Source of the DNA: an uncultured Chloroflexia bacterium
GTDB taxonomy: Bacteria; Chloroflexota; Limnocylindria; Limnocylindrales; CSP1-4
NCBI GenBank assembly: GCA_963752475.1
Contig: CAVVYR010000026.1
Span: 1-64,000 of the forward strand
DNA: 64,000 nucleotides
Direction: 5' to 3'
Shown: one piece after another, positions 50,554 through 59,412 of the stretch
Numbering within the stretch: position 1 is the stretch's first letter
Layout of the letters: the number at the start of each line of letters is the position of its first letter
The notes under the pieces: model-generated
Databases searched by the model: none
What the model was told of the DNA's origin: nothing
The model's input: only the letters and a program-made list of their open reading frames with translations
Made by a program: the position numbers and the translations under genes

Positions 50554-52045
50554 GGGCCACCTCGTGCATGAGGGTCCTGGTGGATCCGTAGAGCCGGCGC
50601 TGGCGTGATGCCTGTCGTTCGTACAACTCGGCCAGCTCCGGGTCAGGCTCGATGCGCCGGTCGATGTCGATCCAGCCCTCGACCTCGTCTCGTGCCAGGG
50701 CGCCGGCGCCGATGGCGGCAAGGATGGCATCGCCGTAGGCCGCCCCACGCTGCGTGACCACCTCCTGTGGCCGAGCAGCACAATCGCTGACCGCTTGGAG
50801 CCACGTCGGGTTGTCGACGCCCCCGCCGACTGCTCGGATCCGCTCGATGGGCACGCCGATCTCGCTCATGACCTCCAGGTTCAGCCGGATGCCCTGGGCG
50901 ATGCCCTCCAGCGCGGCACGGGCGATGTCGGCACGGCCGTGGCGCAACGAGAGCCCGAAGACCACACCGCGTGCGTCGGGGTCGTGGATCGGCGTCCGCT
51001 CCCCGCTGAGGTAGGGCAGGAAGTCGAGCCCGTTCGCGCCGGGAGGCGAAGCGGCTGCCCAGGCGGTGAACTCGTGGTAGTGGTCGCCGATGGCGGCGGG
51101 ATCCCGTTCGTCCGCCAGCAGCTCGATGAGCCAGCGCGTGAGGGTGCCCGCGGTCGAGGTCCCGCCGGCCACGATCGAGGTGCCCTCGAAGACGTACGGA
51201 GCGGCCCACATCCGCGGGTCCACCGTCGGTTCGCTGACGACGGCGATCATGAAGATGCTGGAGCCGTACATCACCATCAGGTCACCTGGGCCCAGGACGC
51301 CGGCGCTGACGGCTTCAGCCGGGGCGTCGGGTGCACCGGCGATGACGGGTGTGCCCTCGGCCAGGCCCGTCGCCCGGGCAGCGTCAGCGGTCACGCGCCC
51401 CACGATCTCGGTGGGCCAGACCAGCCGCGGTAGTCGCGATGGTTCGACCGTGCCGGTGACCCACTCGTCGATCCAGTCGTTCGCACGGATATCGTAGAAG
51501 GGCCCCCAGTAGGCCGCCGTGGTGTGGTCCATGACGTGCTCGCCCGTGAGTCGCGCCACGAGGAACGACTGGCAGGTATGGAACATGGCGGCGGCGGCGA
51601 AGGCGTCGGGACGCTCGTCGCGCAGCCAGGCCACCTTGGGGCCGGCCGACTGTGAGGTCAGGGCATTGCCGGTTCGCTCGAAGATGGCGTCGCGGCCGAG
51701 CTCATCGTCCAGCCGTTCGATCTGGGCGCTGGCGCGCGTGTCGATGCCGTAGAGGATGCCCGGGCCCAGAGGCGTGACGTCCGCATCGACGGGCAGGACA
51801 CAGGGCCCGATGCCGCTGCAGCCCACGGCTTCCACGGCGCTCGGCGAGACGTCGACCCGGGCGAAGACCTCGGCCACGACCGTGCACAGGTTGCCCCACC
51901 AGTCGGCCTCGGCGTCGTGCTCGGCCCAGCCGGGTCGGGGGACCCGCAGGGTGTTGGGCGTCGAGGCCCGTGCCAGGGTCCGGCCGTCGCGGTCGACCAG
52001 GACCGCCGTGGTCTCCGAGGTGCCGACGTCGACGCCGATGAACAT
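50543..52045 (-). CDS. FGGY-family carbohydrate kinase (xylulokinase-like)
   Basis: IGVDVGTS, PGWAEHD, DTRA, PYLSGERTP and AVGGG. Confidence 0.93.
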   Translation of the reverse strand: MFIGVDVGTSETTAVLVDRDGRTLARASTPNTLRVPRPGWAEHDAEADWWGNLCTVVAEVFARVDVSPSAVEAVGCSGIGPCVLPVDADVTPLGPGILYGIDTRASAQIERLDDELGRDAIFERTGNALTSQSAGPKVAWLRDERPDAFAAAAMFHTCQSFLVARLTGEHVMDHTTAAYWGPFYDIRANDWIDEWVTGTVEPSRLPRLVWPTEIVGRVTADAARATGLAEGTPVIAGAPDAPAEAVSAGVLGPGDLMVMYGSSIFMIAVVSEPTVDPRMWAAPYVFEGTSIVAGGTSTAGTLTRWLIELLADERDPAAIGDHYHEFTAWAAASPPGANGLDFLPYLSGERTPIHDPDARGVVFGLSLRHGRADIARAALEGIAQGIRLNLEVMSEIGVPIERIRAVGGGVDNPTWLQAVSDCAARPQEVVTQRGAAYGDAILAAIGAGALARDEVEGWIDIDRRIEPDPELAELYERQASRQRRLYGSTRTLMHEVAHEG

Positions 52046-52049
52046 CCCG

Positions 52050-52862
52050 CTAGAGCGACGAGCGGAGGTCCGCTACGACCTCCATCAGCTCCGCGGTTCG
52101 CCCGCGATCGGTCTGGTTCTCGAAGACGCCGTCGACCTTGAAGTAGGTGCCCACCACCGCGCCATCGGCGATGGCCAGCTGCTCACGCACGTTGCCCGGA
52201 TTCACGCCGGTGTTGACGAAGACCGGCGTGTCGCCCACCGCCTCCTTGACGCGGTGGAGGACCTGCGTGTCGGTCTCCGCACCCGCGGTGAGGCCGGAGA
52301 CGCAGAGGGCATCGGACTTTGCGTTGAAGACGGTCGAGCGGGCGATCTCGGCCACGTCGCGATCGGCCAGGTAGCGCGCGCCCTCGGGCACGATGTTCAT
52401 GAGCAACCGCACGTCCTGCGCGTCGAGGCGCCGGCGGTGGCGGGCGGCCGAGCCGACGTTCGTGTCCCAGAGCCCGAAGTCGCTGCCGTAGACGCCGGTG
52501 AAGATCTCCCGCACGAAGCGGGCGTCGGTGGCTGCGGCCAGCTCGATGGAGGCCTCGCCGTCCCAGAGCACGTTGACGCCGAAGGGCACGGTCAGGTCGG
52601 TGTAGAGCTCGGCGATGACGCGGGCCATGGCGATCGACGTGATGGGTTCGACCTTGGTCAGGTACGGCAGGCTGAACTCGTTCGAGAACATGACCGCATC
52701 GATGCCGCCGTCCTGTAGCGCGCGCAGATCCGCCCGAGCCCGCTCCACCACCGCGGCGAGACCGGCTTTCTCGTCGTAGTCCGGGTCACCGGGCAGCGCC
52801 GCGAAGTGGCACATGCCGATGACGGGTTTGTGGACGCCGAAGACGTCTTGCAGCCAGCTCAA
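52050..52862 (-). CDS. BtpA/SgcQ family TIM-barrel protein
   Basis: KPVIGMCH..LPGDP, FSNEFSLPY, PFGVNVLWD, NTGV and ADGAVVGT; TTG start preceded by GGGGTGAT (alternative GTG at 52871). Confidence 0.9.
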   Translation of the reverse strand: MSWLQDVFGVHKPVIGMCHFAALPGDPDYDEKAGLAAVVERARADLRALQDGGIDAVMFSNEFSLPYLTKVEPITSIAMARVIAELYTDLTVPFGVNVLWDGEASIELAAATDARFVREIFTGVYGSDFGLWDTNVGSAARHRRRLDAQDVRLLMNIVPEGARYLADRDVAEIARSTVFNAKSDALCVSGLTAGAETDTQVLHRVKEAVGDTPVFVNTGVNPGNVREQLAIADGAVVGTYFKVDGVFENQTDRGRTAELMEVVADLRSSL

Positions 52863-52974
52863 GTCGATCACCCCATGTCGTGGTTCCTGCCCGAACTATA
52901 GGCCTCCCGCGGGTGCCAGAATGGGGCCGCACCGGGGTGGCCGGTACGGCGCGCACAAGGAGGTCGTGAAGGGG

Positions 52975-53916
52975 ATGAACAGCGGATCGGGACCGTGGCT
53001 GACCGTGGTCGGCAGCACGATGATCGACCAGATCGCGTATGCCGAGCGGATGCCTGATAGAGGCGAGACCGTCATCGGTGATCGCTTCGCCCAGGGCTTC
53101 GGTGGAAAGGGCGCGAACCAGGCCGTGATGGCCCGTCTCATGGGCGCCGAGGTGGCCATGGTCAACGCCGTCGGTGAGGACAGCTATGGCGCTGAGACGA
53201 TCGCCAACTTCGAGGGCTTCGGCATCGACACCACCTACGTCCGTCGTGAGCCCGGCTCCAGCGGCGTCGCGCCGATCTGGGTCGAGCCCGACGGCAGCAA
53301 CCGCATCATCGTCATCCCCGGCGCCAACGACGGCCTCCTGCCCGAGCACGCCTCGGCGGCGGTGGCCGCCATGGACCAGGTCGATGTCGTCATCGGGCAG
53401 TTCGAGATCCGCCAGGCCGTGACCACGGCTGCCTTCACCGCGGCCCACGAGCGTGGCGCTGTGACCGTGCTGAACCCGGCACCGGCGGCGGCCGTGAGCG
53501 AAGAACTTGCCGCTGTGACTGACTGGCTCATCCCCAACGAGCATGAGTTCGCCATCATCGCCGAGACCGCGGGCCTCTCCGACGACGCGGAGGATCCGGC
53601 TGCCCTGGTCGCCTTCGCCGAAGGCCTCGGTGTGCGGTTGCTCGTGACCCTTGGCGAGCGCGGAGCGGCCATCGTGGGCACGGACGGCGAGATCCGGCGC
53701 GTCGAGACGCCCACCGTGGATGCTGTCGACACCACCGGTGCGGGCGATGCCTTCGTCGGTGCCTTCGCCTTTGGCCTGGCTTCGGGTCGGTCGGAGGACT
53801 CGGCCGCACGACTCGGCTGTGCCATCGCGGCGGAGTCGGTGCTTCGCCCGGGGACCCAGAAGTCGTTCCCTGACGATGCGCGCTGCCGGGCGATCATCGC
53901 CGGCGTCGAGGAGTGA
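52975..53916 (+). CDS. Ribokinase-family kinase
   Basis: VVGSTMID, GFGGKGANQA, NPAPA, PNEHE and DTTGAGDAF. Confidence 0.9.
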   Translation: MNSGSGPWLTVVGSTMIDQIAYAERMPDRGETVIGDRFAQGFGGKGANQAVMARLMGAEVAMVNAVGEDSYGAETIANFEGFGIDTTYVRREPGSSGVAPIWVEPDGSNRIIVIPGANDGLLPEHASAAVAAMDQVDVVIGQFEIRQAVTTAAFTAAHERGAVTVLNPAPAAAVSEELAAVTDWLIPNEHEFAIIAETAGLSDDAEDPAALVAFAEGLGVRLLVTLGERGAAIVGTDGEIRRVETPTVDAVDTTGAGDAFVGAFAFGLASGRSEDSAARLGCAIAAESVLRPGTQKSFPDDARCRAIIAGVEE

Positions 53917-53923
53917 ACCTGTC

Positions 53924-54466
53924 ATGACCATGCGTGAAGCTGCTGCCGAGCTGACCGAAGCCGTCGCCACGGTCGACGACACCGCCCTCCAGCCGACCAT
54001 CAACGCCATCGCGGGCGCTGACCGCGTGATGCTCTACGGCTGCGGCCGCGAAGGGCTGATGATGCGAGCGCTGGCGATGCGCCTGCACCACCTCGGCCTG
54101 ACCGTGTGCATGCAAGGGGATATGAACGCCTTCCCGCTCGGTCCCGGCGATCTCTTCCTCTGTGCCGCCGGTCCCGGTGAGCTTCCCACCGCCTCAGCCC
54201 TCTGCGGCGTGGCACGGGACGCCGGTGCCATGGTCGTGGTCATCACCGCGGAGCCCGACGGAGCCACCAGCGCCCTCGCCGACGACCTCCTCGTCATTCC
54301 CGCCCAGACGATGGCCAACGACGTCGGCAGCGATGCCGTCCTGCCCATGGGCTCGCTCTTCGAAGGGGCCATGTTCCTCGTCTTCGAGGTGCTCGTGCTA
54401 CGGCTTCGGGAGACGCTTGGCGAGTCGGCCGAGACCATGCGAGCGCGCCACACCAACATGGAGTAG
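53924..54466 (+). CDS. SIS-domain sugar-phosphate isomerase (6-phospho-3-hexuloisomerase-like)
   Basis: GCGREGL..AMRLHHLG, PMGSLFE and terminal RHTNME. Confidence 0.88.
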   Translation: MTMREAAAELTEAVATVDDTALQPTINAIAGADRVMLYGCGREGLMMRALAMRLHHLGLTVCMQGDMNAFPLGPGDLFLCAAGPGELPTASALCGVARDAGAMVVVITAEPDGATSALADDLLVIPAQTMANDVGSDAVLPMGSLFEGAMFLVFEVLVLRLRETLGESAETMRARHTNME

Positions 54467-54859
54467 AGCCCTGACCCGACGGGACTTCGCCTCAGGCCGA
54501 CGAGGCGTGTCGCGTGACCTCGAGGCTTCACCCAAGAGGTCAGGTCGGAAGAGGTTCACAGGATGTCTGGGTGGGACCCTCCTGGACCCGGTCTCACCTG
54601 TCGATGTGGACATCCGTCGCTCCAGTCGACGCAAGTCCTACTCGTAGTCAGCGGATCCGGTCCGAGGCGGGCCAGGGATACGTGCGCTGAGCGTGGCAGG
54701 GCATACCAGCGAGCGCCGAGCATCGCCGCTGGCCGCCGGATCGGCCAGCTCGTGGGGCTAGCGTCGGCTGGGGCGACGGGTGCCCATCGAAACCCGCCGA
54801 GCGCCTCCATAGCGTCGGCGGGGGCGGCGAGTGGCTACAAGCCGGGCTAGCCCCGCTCG

Positions 54860-55804
54860 CTACTTCACCGCGCCCGCGCTCATGCCGCGGACGATGAAGC
54901 GCTCGAGCAGGACGCCCACTACGATCAGCGGCAGGATGGCCGCGAACGAGATGGCGGCCATGGTCCACCAGCTGATGCCCTGGCTGCCGGTCTGGCTGGC
55001 CACCATCACCGGCAGGGTGATGGTGTCGGTCGACGTCAGCAGCGACGCGAAGAAGTACTCGTTCCAGGTCAGAACGAGGGCGATGACGAAGGCGGCGATC
55101 ATGCCCGGCAGGGCGATGGGCAGGATGATCTTGGCGAACGCGCCCCACACGCCCTGGCCGTCGACGAGGGCCGCTTCCTCCAACTCCGAGGGGATGGACA
55201 TGAACTGGTCCCGCATGATCCAGATGACGATGGGCATCACCGTTAGCGTGTACAACAGGATCAGGCCGATATGCGTGTCCAGCAACGCCAGCTCGGAGTA
55301 GAAGACGAGGAACGGCAGCGCCAGCACCACCGGCGGGAGGATCAGCTGGCTGATGAAGAAGAAGCCGATGTCGGCGTTCTTGAGCGGGCCGAATTGGTAG
55401 CCGAAGCGCGACAGCCCGTAGCCCGTCAGCGAGCCCAGGAAGACCGCCAGGGCTGAGGCCGAGACGGACACGATGGCCGAGTTCATGAAGCGGGCCAGGA
55501 ACTGGTCGCGGACCGTGGAGTCCGCGCCGATCGTCTCCGGTGAGAGGCCCAGCGAGCGCCAGCCCAGCCAGGCCGGCTCGAAGTCGAGGAACGGGATGAG
55601 GTTGGACTGCATCACGTCGGGCGCCTGCTTGAAGCTGGTGGTGATGGTCCAGAAGATGGGGAACAGGGCCACGATCGTCCAGCCGATGAGGATGCCGTAG
55701 ATGACGACGCGGCTGGTATACCACCTGGCCTTGTAGGTGAGGTCGTCGTCGGAGCCCCGGAAGATGACCCCGGGCTCGCGCTGGGGCATGCCCTGGGCGG
55801 TCAT
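54860..55804 (-). CDS. Carbohydrate ABC transporter permease (MalG-like)
   Basis: ELEEAALVDG, WNEYFFA and FIVRGMSAGAVK. Confidence 0.95.
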   Translation of the reverse strand: MTAQGMPQREPGVIFRGSDDDLTYKARWYTSRVVIYGILIGWTIVALFPIFWTITTSFKQAPDVMQSNLIPFLDFEPAWLGWRSLGLSPETIGADSTVRDQFLARFMNSAIVSVSASALAVFLGSLTGYGLSRFGYQFGPLKNADIGFFFISQLILPPVVLALPFLVFYSELALLDTHIGLILLYTLTVMPIVIWIMRDQFMSIPSELEEAALVDGQGVWGAFAKIILPIALPGMIAAFVIALVLTWNEYFFASLLTSTDTITLPVMVASQTGSQGISWWTMAAISFAAILPLIVVGVLLERFIVRGMSAGAVK

Positions 55805-56901
55805 GTGTAAGGCCTCATCCAGCGGTTCAGGCCTCGGATGAGCACGGTCAGGCCGATGACGATGATGACCAGGTAGAAGATGGCCAGCAGCGTGCCGTAG
55901 CCCACGTTCGATCTGTCGCGGTACTCGCGGAAGATGAAGCTGGTGACCGTGTCGGTGGCACCGCCGGGGCCGCCGGCGGTGATGGTGATGACGATGTCGG
56001 CCAGCTTCAGCTTGAAGATGATGCGCACGATGATCGCCGTGAGGGAGACTGGGAGCATCAGCGGGAAGATGACCTTGCGGAAGGTCTGCCAGGCGTTGGC
56101 GCCATCGACGCGAGCGGCCTCGATGACCTCGGTGGGCATGGCCTGGAGACCCGCCAGCAGCATGATCATCATGAAGGGGATGAAGATCCAGGCGTCCAGC
56201 ATCGACATCGTGATGCGCGCCAGGTCGGCCGAAGCGAAGAAGGCTGGGTCCTCCCAGCCCAGTGCCCGGGCCAGCTGCGAGATGGGGCCGAAACGGAACT
56301 CGAGCATGGACTTGCCGATCATCCAGGAGACGGCCACCGGCGACAGCATCAGCGGCAACAGGAAGGCCACGCGGAAGAAGCGCCGCCCGCGGATCTGCGC
56401 GCTCAGCAGGAGGGCCAGGGCGAAGGCGATGGCGTACTCGGGGATGACCGAGATCACGTAGAAGACCATGTTGGTGAGCGCGTTCCAGTAGAACGGATCA
56501 CTCAGCATCTGCTCGATGTTCCCGAGCCCGGCGAAGGTCGGGCCGGCGGGCGAGGAGAGGTTCCAGTCGCTGAAGGCGATGGCGACGCCCAGGAGCAGCG
56601 GGATGATCGTCAGCGAGATGACGAACAGGGCCGAGGGCAGGACGAACAGGATGCGCTTGCCCTGCTCACCACGGATGAGTACCTGGCCCACGCACAGGCA
56701 GACGCACCACAGGATCCAGGCGAACATCGCCGGCTGCCAGTTCTCGAAGCCGAGATCCCAGAAGCCCAGCGCTTGACCCAGCTGTAGCCCCGCAACCACC
56801 AGCAGCAAGACGAATGAGCCGCGGATGAGCAGGCGCCCGATCCGCTTGCGGCGCGAGGTGATGTCGTCCGGCTGGACGACGTGGATGAGGTCGGCTGTCA
56901 C
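55801..56901 (-). CDS. Carbohydrate ABC transporter permease (MalF-like)
   Basis: LAGLQAMP..EAARVDGA and TAGGPG. Confidence 0.93.
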   Translation of the reverse strand: MTADLIHVVQPDDITSRRKRIGRLLIRGSFVLLLVVAGLQLGQALGFWDLGFENWQPAMFAWILWCVCLCVGQVLIRGEQGKRILFVLPSALFVISLTIIPLLLGVAIAFSDWNLSSPAGPTFAGLGNIEQMLSDPFYWNALTNMVFYVISVIPEYAIAFALALLLSAQIRGRRFFRVAFLLPLMLSPVAVSWMIGKSMLEFRFGPISQLARALGWEDPAFFASADLARITMSMLDAWIFIPFMMIMLLAGLQAMPTEVIEAARVDGANAWQTFRKVIFPLMLPVSLTAIIVRIIFKLKLADIVITITAGGPGGATDTVTSFIFREYRDRSNVGYGTLLAIFYLVIIVIGLTVLIRGLNRWMRPYT

Positions 56902-56960
56902 GTCCCGGTCCCGTTCCAGTGATGACGCGAGCGCCCCATGCGCTCGAGGATGAATTGTAG

Positions 56961-56987
56961 CGGGGTGCGCGATGGTCGCGCACCCCG
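56961..56987. other. Perfect 12-bp intra-operonic stem-loop after the SBP gene
   Basis: CGGGGTGCGCGA-TGG-TCGCGCACCCCG; typical position for an mRNA-stabilising or attenuating hairpin. Confidence 0.65.
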
Positions 56988-57033
56988 TCCGTGTCGAACG
57001 GGAGGCGTGGTCGGTCACGCCTCCCCTGGACAG

Positions 57034-58668
57034 CTACAGGCCGAGCGAGGCTCGGTACAGCTCGACTGGCTCTCGCGCCCGATCTGGTCAGTGATCTCTC
57101 CCAGCCGGCGTAGATCCGTCGGCGATCTCCTGCGCCGAGGCGCCGCTGCCGAGGCCCTTGACCAGCTCGTCCTCGGCCCTCGAGTAGTACTGGAAGATGC
57201 CGGGGATGCGCGGCTCGTTGGCCGCGTTGGGATGGTTATAGCTATCGAGGTTCGAAGACAGATAGTCCTCGACGAACTCGCCGTCGTAACCGGCGGCCTC
57301 CCACTCCTCATAGATGAAGTGCGAGTTGCGGTACGGCTGGAAGCCGGACGGATAGGCCGAGGTCCACAGCGACAGGTCCTTGCCGCCGAGGTGGGCAGCA
57401 GCCGACCACGCGCACTTGCGCTTCATCTCGTCGTCGGAGACGCGGTTGGTGACGTACACGCCCCAGCCGATATAGGCGTTGTGCGGGGAGACGTTGGCGT
57501 TCTCGTCCCACTCGCCGCTGCGCCAGTCGTAGACCTTGGTGGTGCCGGGGTTGATGTCGAAGCCGACCACGTCACCCACCAGCGAGGTGTCGCTGGTGCG
57601 CGCGTTCGAGCCCACGTCGCCCCACCACATCACGTTGCCGCCAGTGCCGGCAAGGAACTGCTGGAAGGCGGTGGTGTTGGGGTCTGCGTTGATCTGATCG
57701 GGCGGATAGGCGCCATCGGCGGCCATGAGGTCCATGACGTCCTGGATGGCCTGGACCCAGCCGGGGTTGTTGACCAGCGGCTCCATGGTGTCCGGATCGA
57801 ACAGCCAGGCCGACTCGTCGGGATGCTTGACGTACGGCGCCGCCCTGTCTGCGAGGAAGTAGAAGCCGAAGCCGCCCCACAGGTAGTTCAGCGGATCGAC
57901 CACGCCGTAGGCGTCCAGCCCGGTCAGCGGGTCGGTCTTGCCGGCGAGGAACTTGGCCTGGGCGTTCATCTCTTCCCAGGTCGTGGCCGGTGCCCACTCG
58001 CTGCCGGCGGTGTTGAACTCGGACTCGGCCCACTCGGCGGCCCACTCCTCCTGGTCGTAGTAGTCGGTGCGGTAGGCCAGGGTGTGCGTGTCGCCGTCGA
58101 TGGAGATGCGATACGTCTCGTCGCCCCAGGTGCCGATCGGCGGCTTCAGGTAGTCGACGTAGTCGTCCATCTCGATCTGCTCGGCGACCCATTCGGGCAT
58201 GGGGTCAAGCAGGCCGCGGCCGGCCGTGTCGCCCTCGAAGGGGGCGCCCATCTCCATGATGTCCCAGTCGACCGTGCCCGTGGCGATGGCTTGCTGCAGG
58301 CGGCCGTTGTAGTCGTCCTGCGCCAGGTCGATCCAATCGATCGAGGCGCCCGTATAGTCCTCCCACGGCTTCAGGAAGCCACGGAAGAGGAAATTGTGCA
58401 GGTTCTGGTTGTTGAGCCCCATGAAGGTGAGCTCGACGCCGCTGCACTCGCCCTCGGCGATATTGGCCTTCGTCGGGCCCAGGGTCAGCTCACCGACCGC
58501 TTGCCAATCGGCATCGGTAGGACTGCCCATCCCGACTCCGGGGATCTGCAGGATCTGCGCTCGGACATCGTCCTGTGCCAGAGCCGGTACCGCCCCGACC
58601 GTCAGGGCAGCGACCACACCTAGAGCTGTGGCCCTCTTGAGCATGCCTCGCTCATTGACCTTGACCAT
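57034..58668 (-). CDS. Extracellular solute-binding protein (CUT1 family); C-terminal 30 codons frameshifted
   Basis: Signal peptide; IDGDTHTLAYRTD and SGFQPYRNSH. The called ORF stops at 57088, but three single-base corrections restore ..YAGWEEITDQIGRESQ.ELYRASLGL* ending at 57034. Confidence 0.88.
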
Positions 58669-58748
58669 GTTCCACCCTCCTCATGGGAAGACACATCAGT
58701 CCGCAGCAGTGCCGTCTGACACTGGAGGCAGACTGTTAGGTTGCGCTA

Positions 58749-58835
58749 GGGTAGCGCTCATATCGAGGCCCATGTCAACGTTTTCGACATCGATGACAAC
58801 GATTGCGTGCGTCGGGCCTGATGGAAACGCTTCCA
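58749..58835. promoter_or_regulatory. Cluster of LacI-type operator-like sites in the divergent promoter
   Basis: TGTCAACGTTTTCG (58773), TGACAACGATTGCG (58794), TGGAAACGCTTCCA (58822) and weaker GGGTAGCGCTCATA (58749). Confidence 0.65.
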
Positions 58836-58869
58836 ATTCGAACGAGCCAGTCTTCGGGAGGGATATCGG

Positions 58870-59319
58870 ATGCTCAAGGGGATCGACCACCGGCTGAACG
58901 CCGACGTGCTGTACACGCTGCGGGCCATGGGCCACGGCGACTACCTGATCATCAGCGACACCAACTTCCCGGCCAATTCGATCGCCTCGGAGACCCGCGC
59001 CGGCGAGCTCATCCGGATGGAGAACCTGACGGCGGCGGAGGCCATCAACGCCATCCTCTCGGTGATGCCGCTGGACACGTTCGTAGACGACTTCGCCGGC
59101 CGCATGCGCGTGGGTGATGACCCCGACGACATCCCCGCGGTGCAGCAGGAGGTCATCGCCGAGGTCCAGGCCACGGGCGAGTCGCGAGCCATCGAGGACA
59201 TCGACCGCTTCGCCTTCTACGACCTGGCCAAGGGTGCCTACGCGGTCATCCAGACCGGCGAGCGCCGTTTCTACGGCTGCTTCATGTTGCGCAAGGGCGT
59301 CATCCCGCCGGAGGAGTAG
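58870..59319 (+). CDS. RbsD/FucU family sugar mutarotase/pyranase
   Basis: MLKGI, MGHGD...DTNFP, RFAFY and TGERRFYG...KGV. Confidence 0.93.
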   Translation: MLKGIDHRLNADVLYTLRAMGHGDYLIISDTNFPANSIASETRAGELIRMENLTAAEAINAILSVMPLDTFVDDFAGRMRVGDDPDDIPAVQQEVIAEVQATGESRAIEDIDRFAFYDLAKGAYAVIQTGERRFYGCFMLRKGVIPPEE

Positions 59320-59371
59320 GCAGGAGCAGCATCAGCGACCGGCACCACGGCCTCATCCTGGTCACCTGCGA

Positions 59372-59400
59372 ACCCCCGTGGCGCGTGACGCCGCGGGGGT
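59372..59400. terminator. Hairpin between convergent genes
   Basis: ACCCCCGTGGCG-CGTGA-CGCCGCGGGGGT. Confidence 0.55.
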
Positions 59401-59412
59401 CCTGATTCGAAC

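Noticed and set aside
53924-54466. RuMP formaldehyde fixation (hxlAB)
   Set aside because: Only an HxlB-like gene is present and its context is sugar catabolism.
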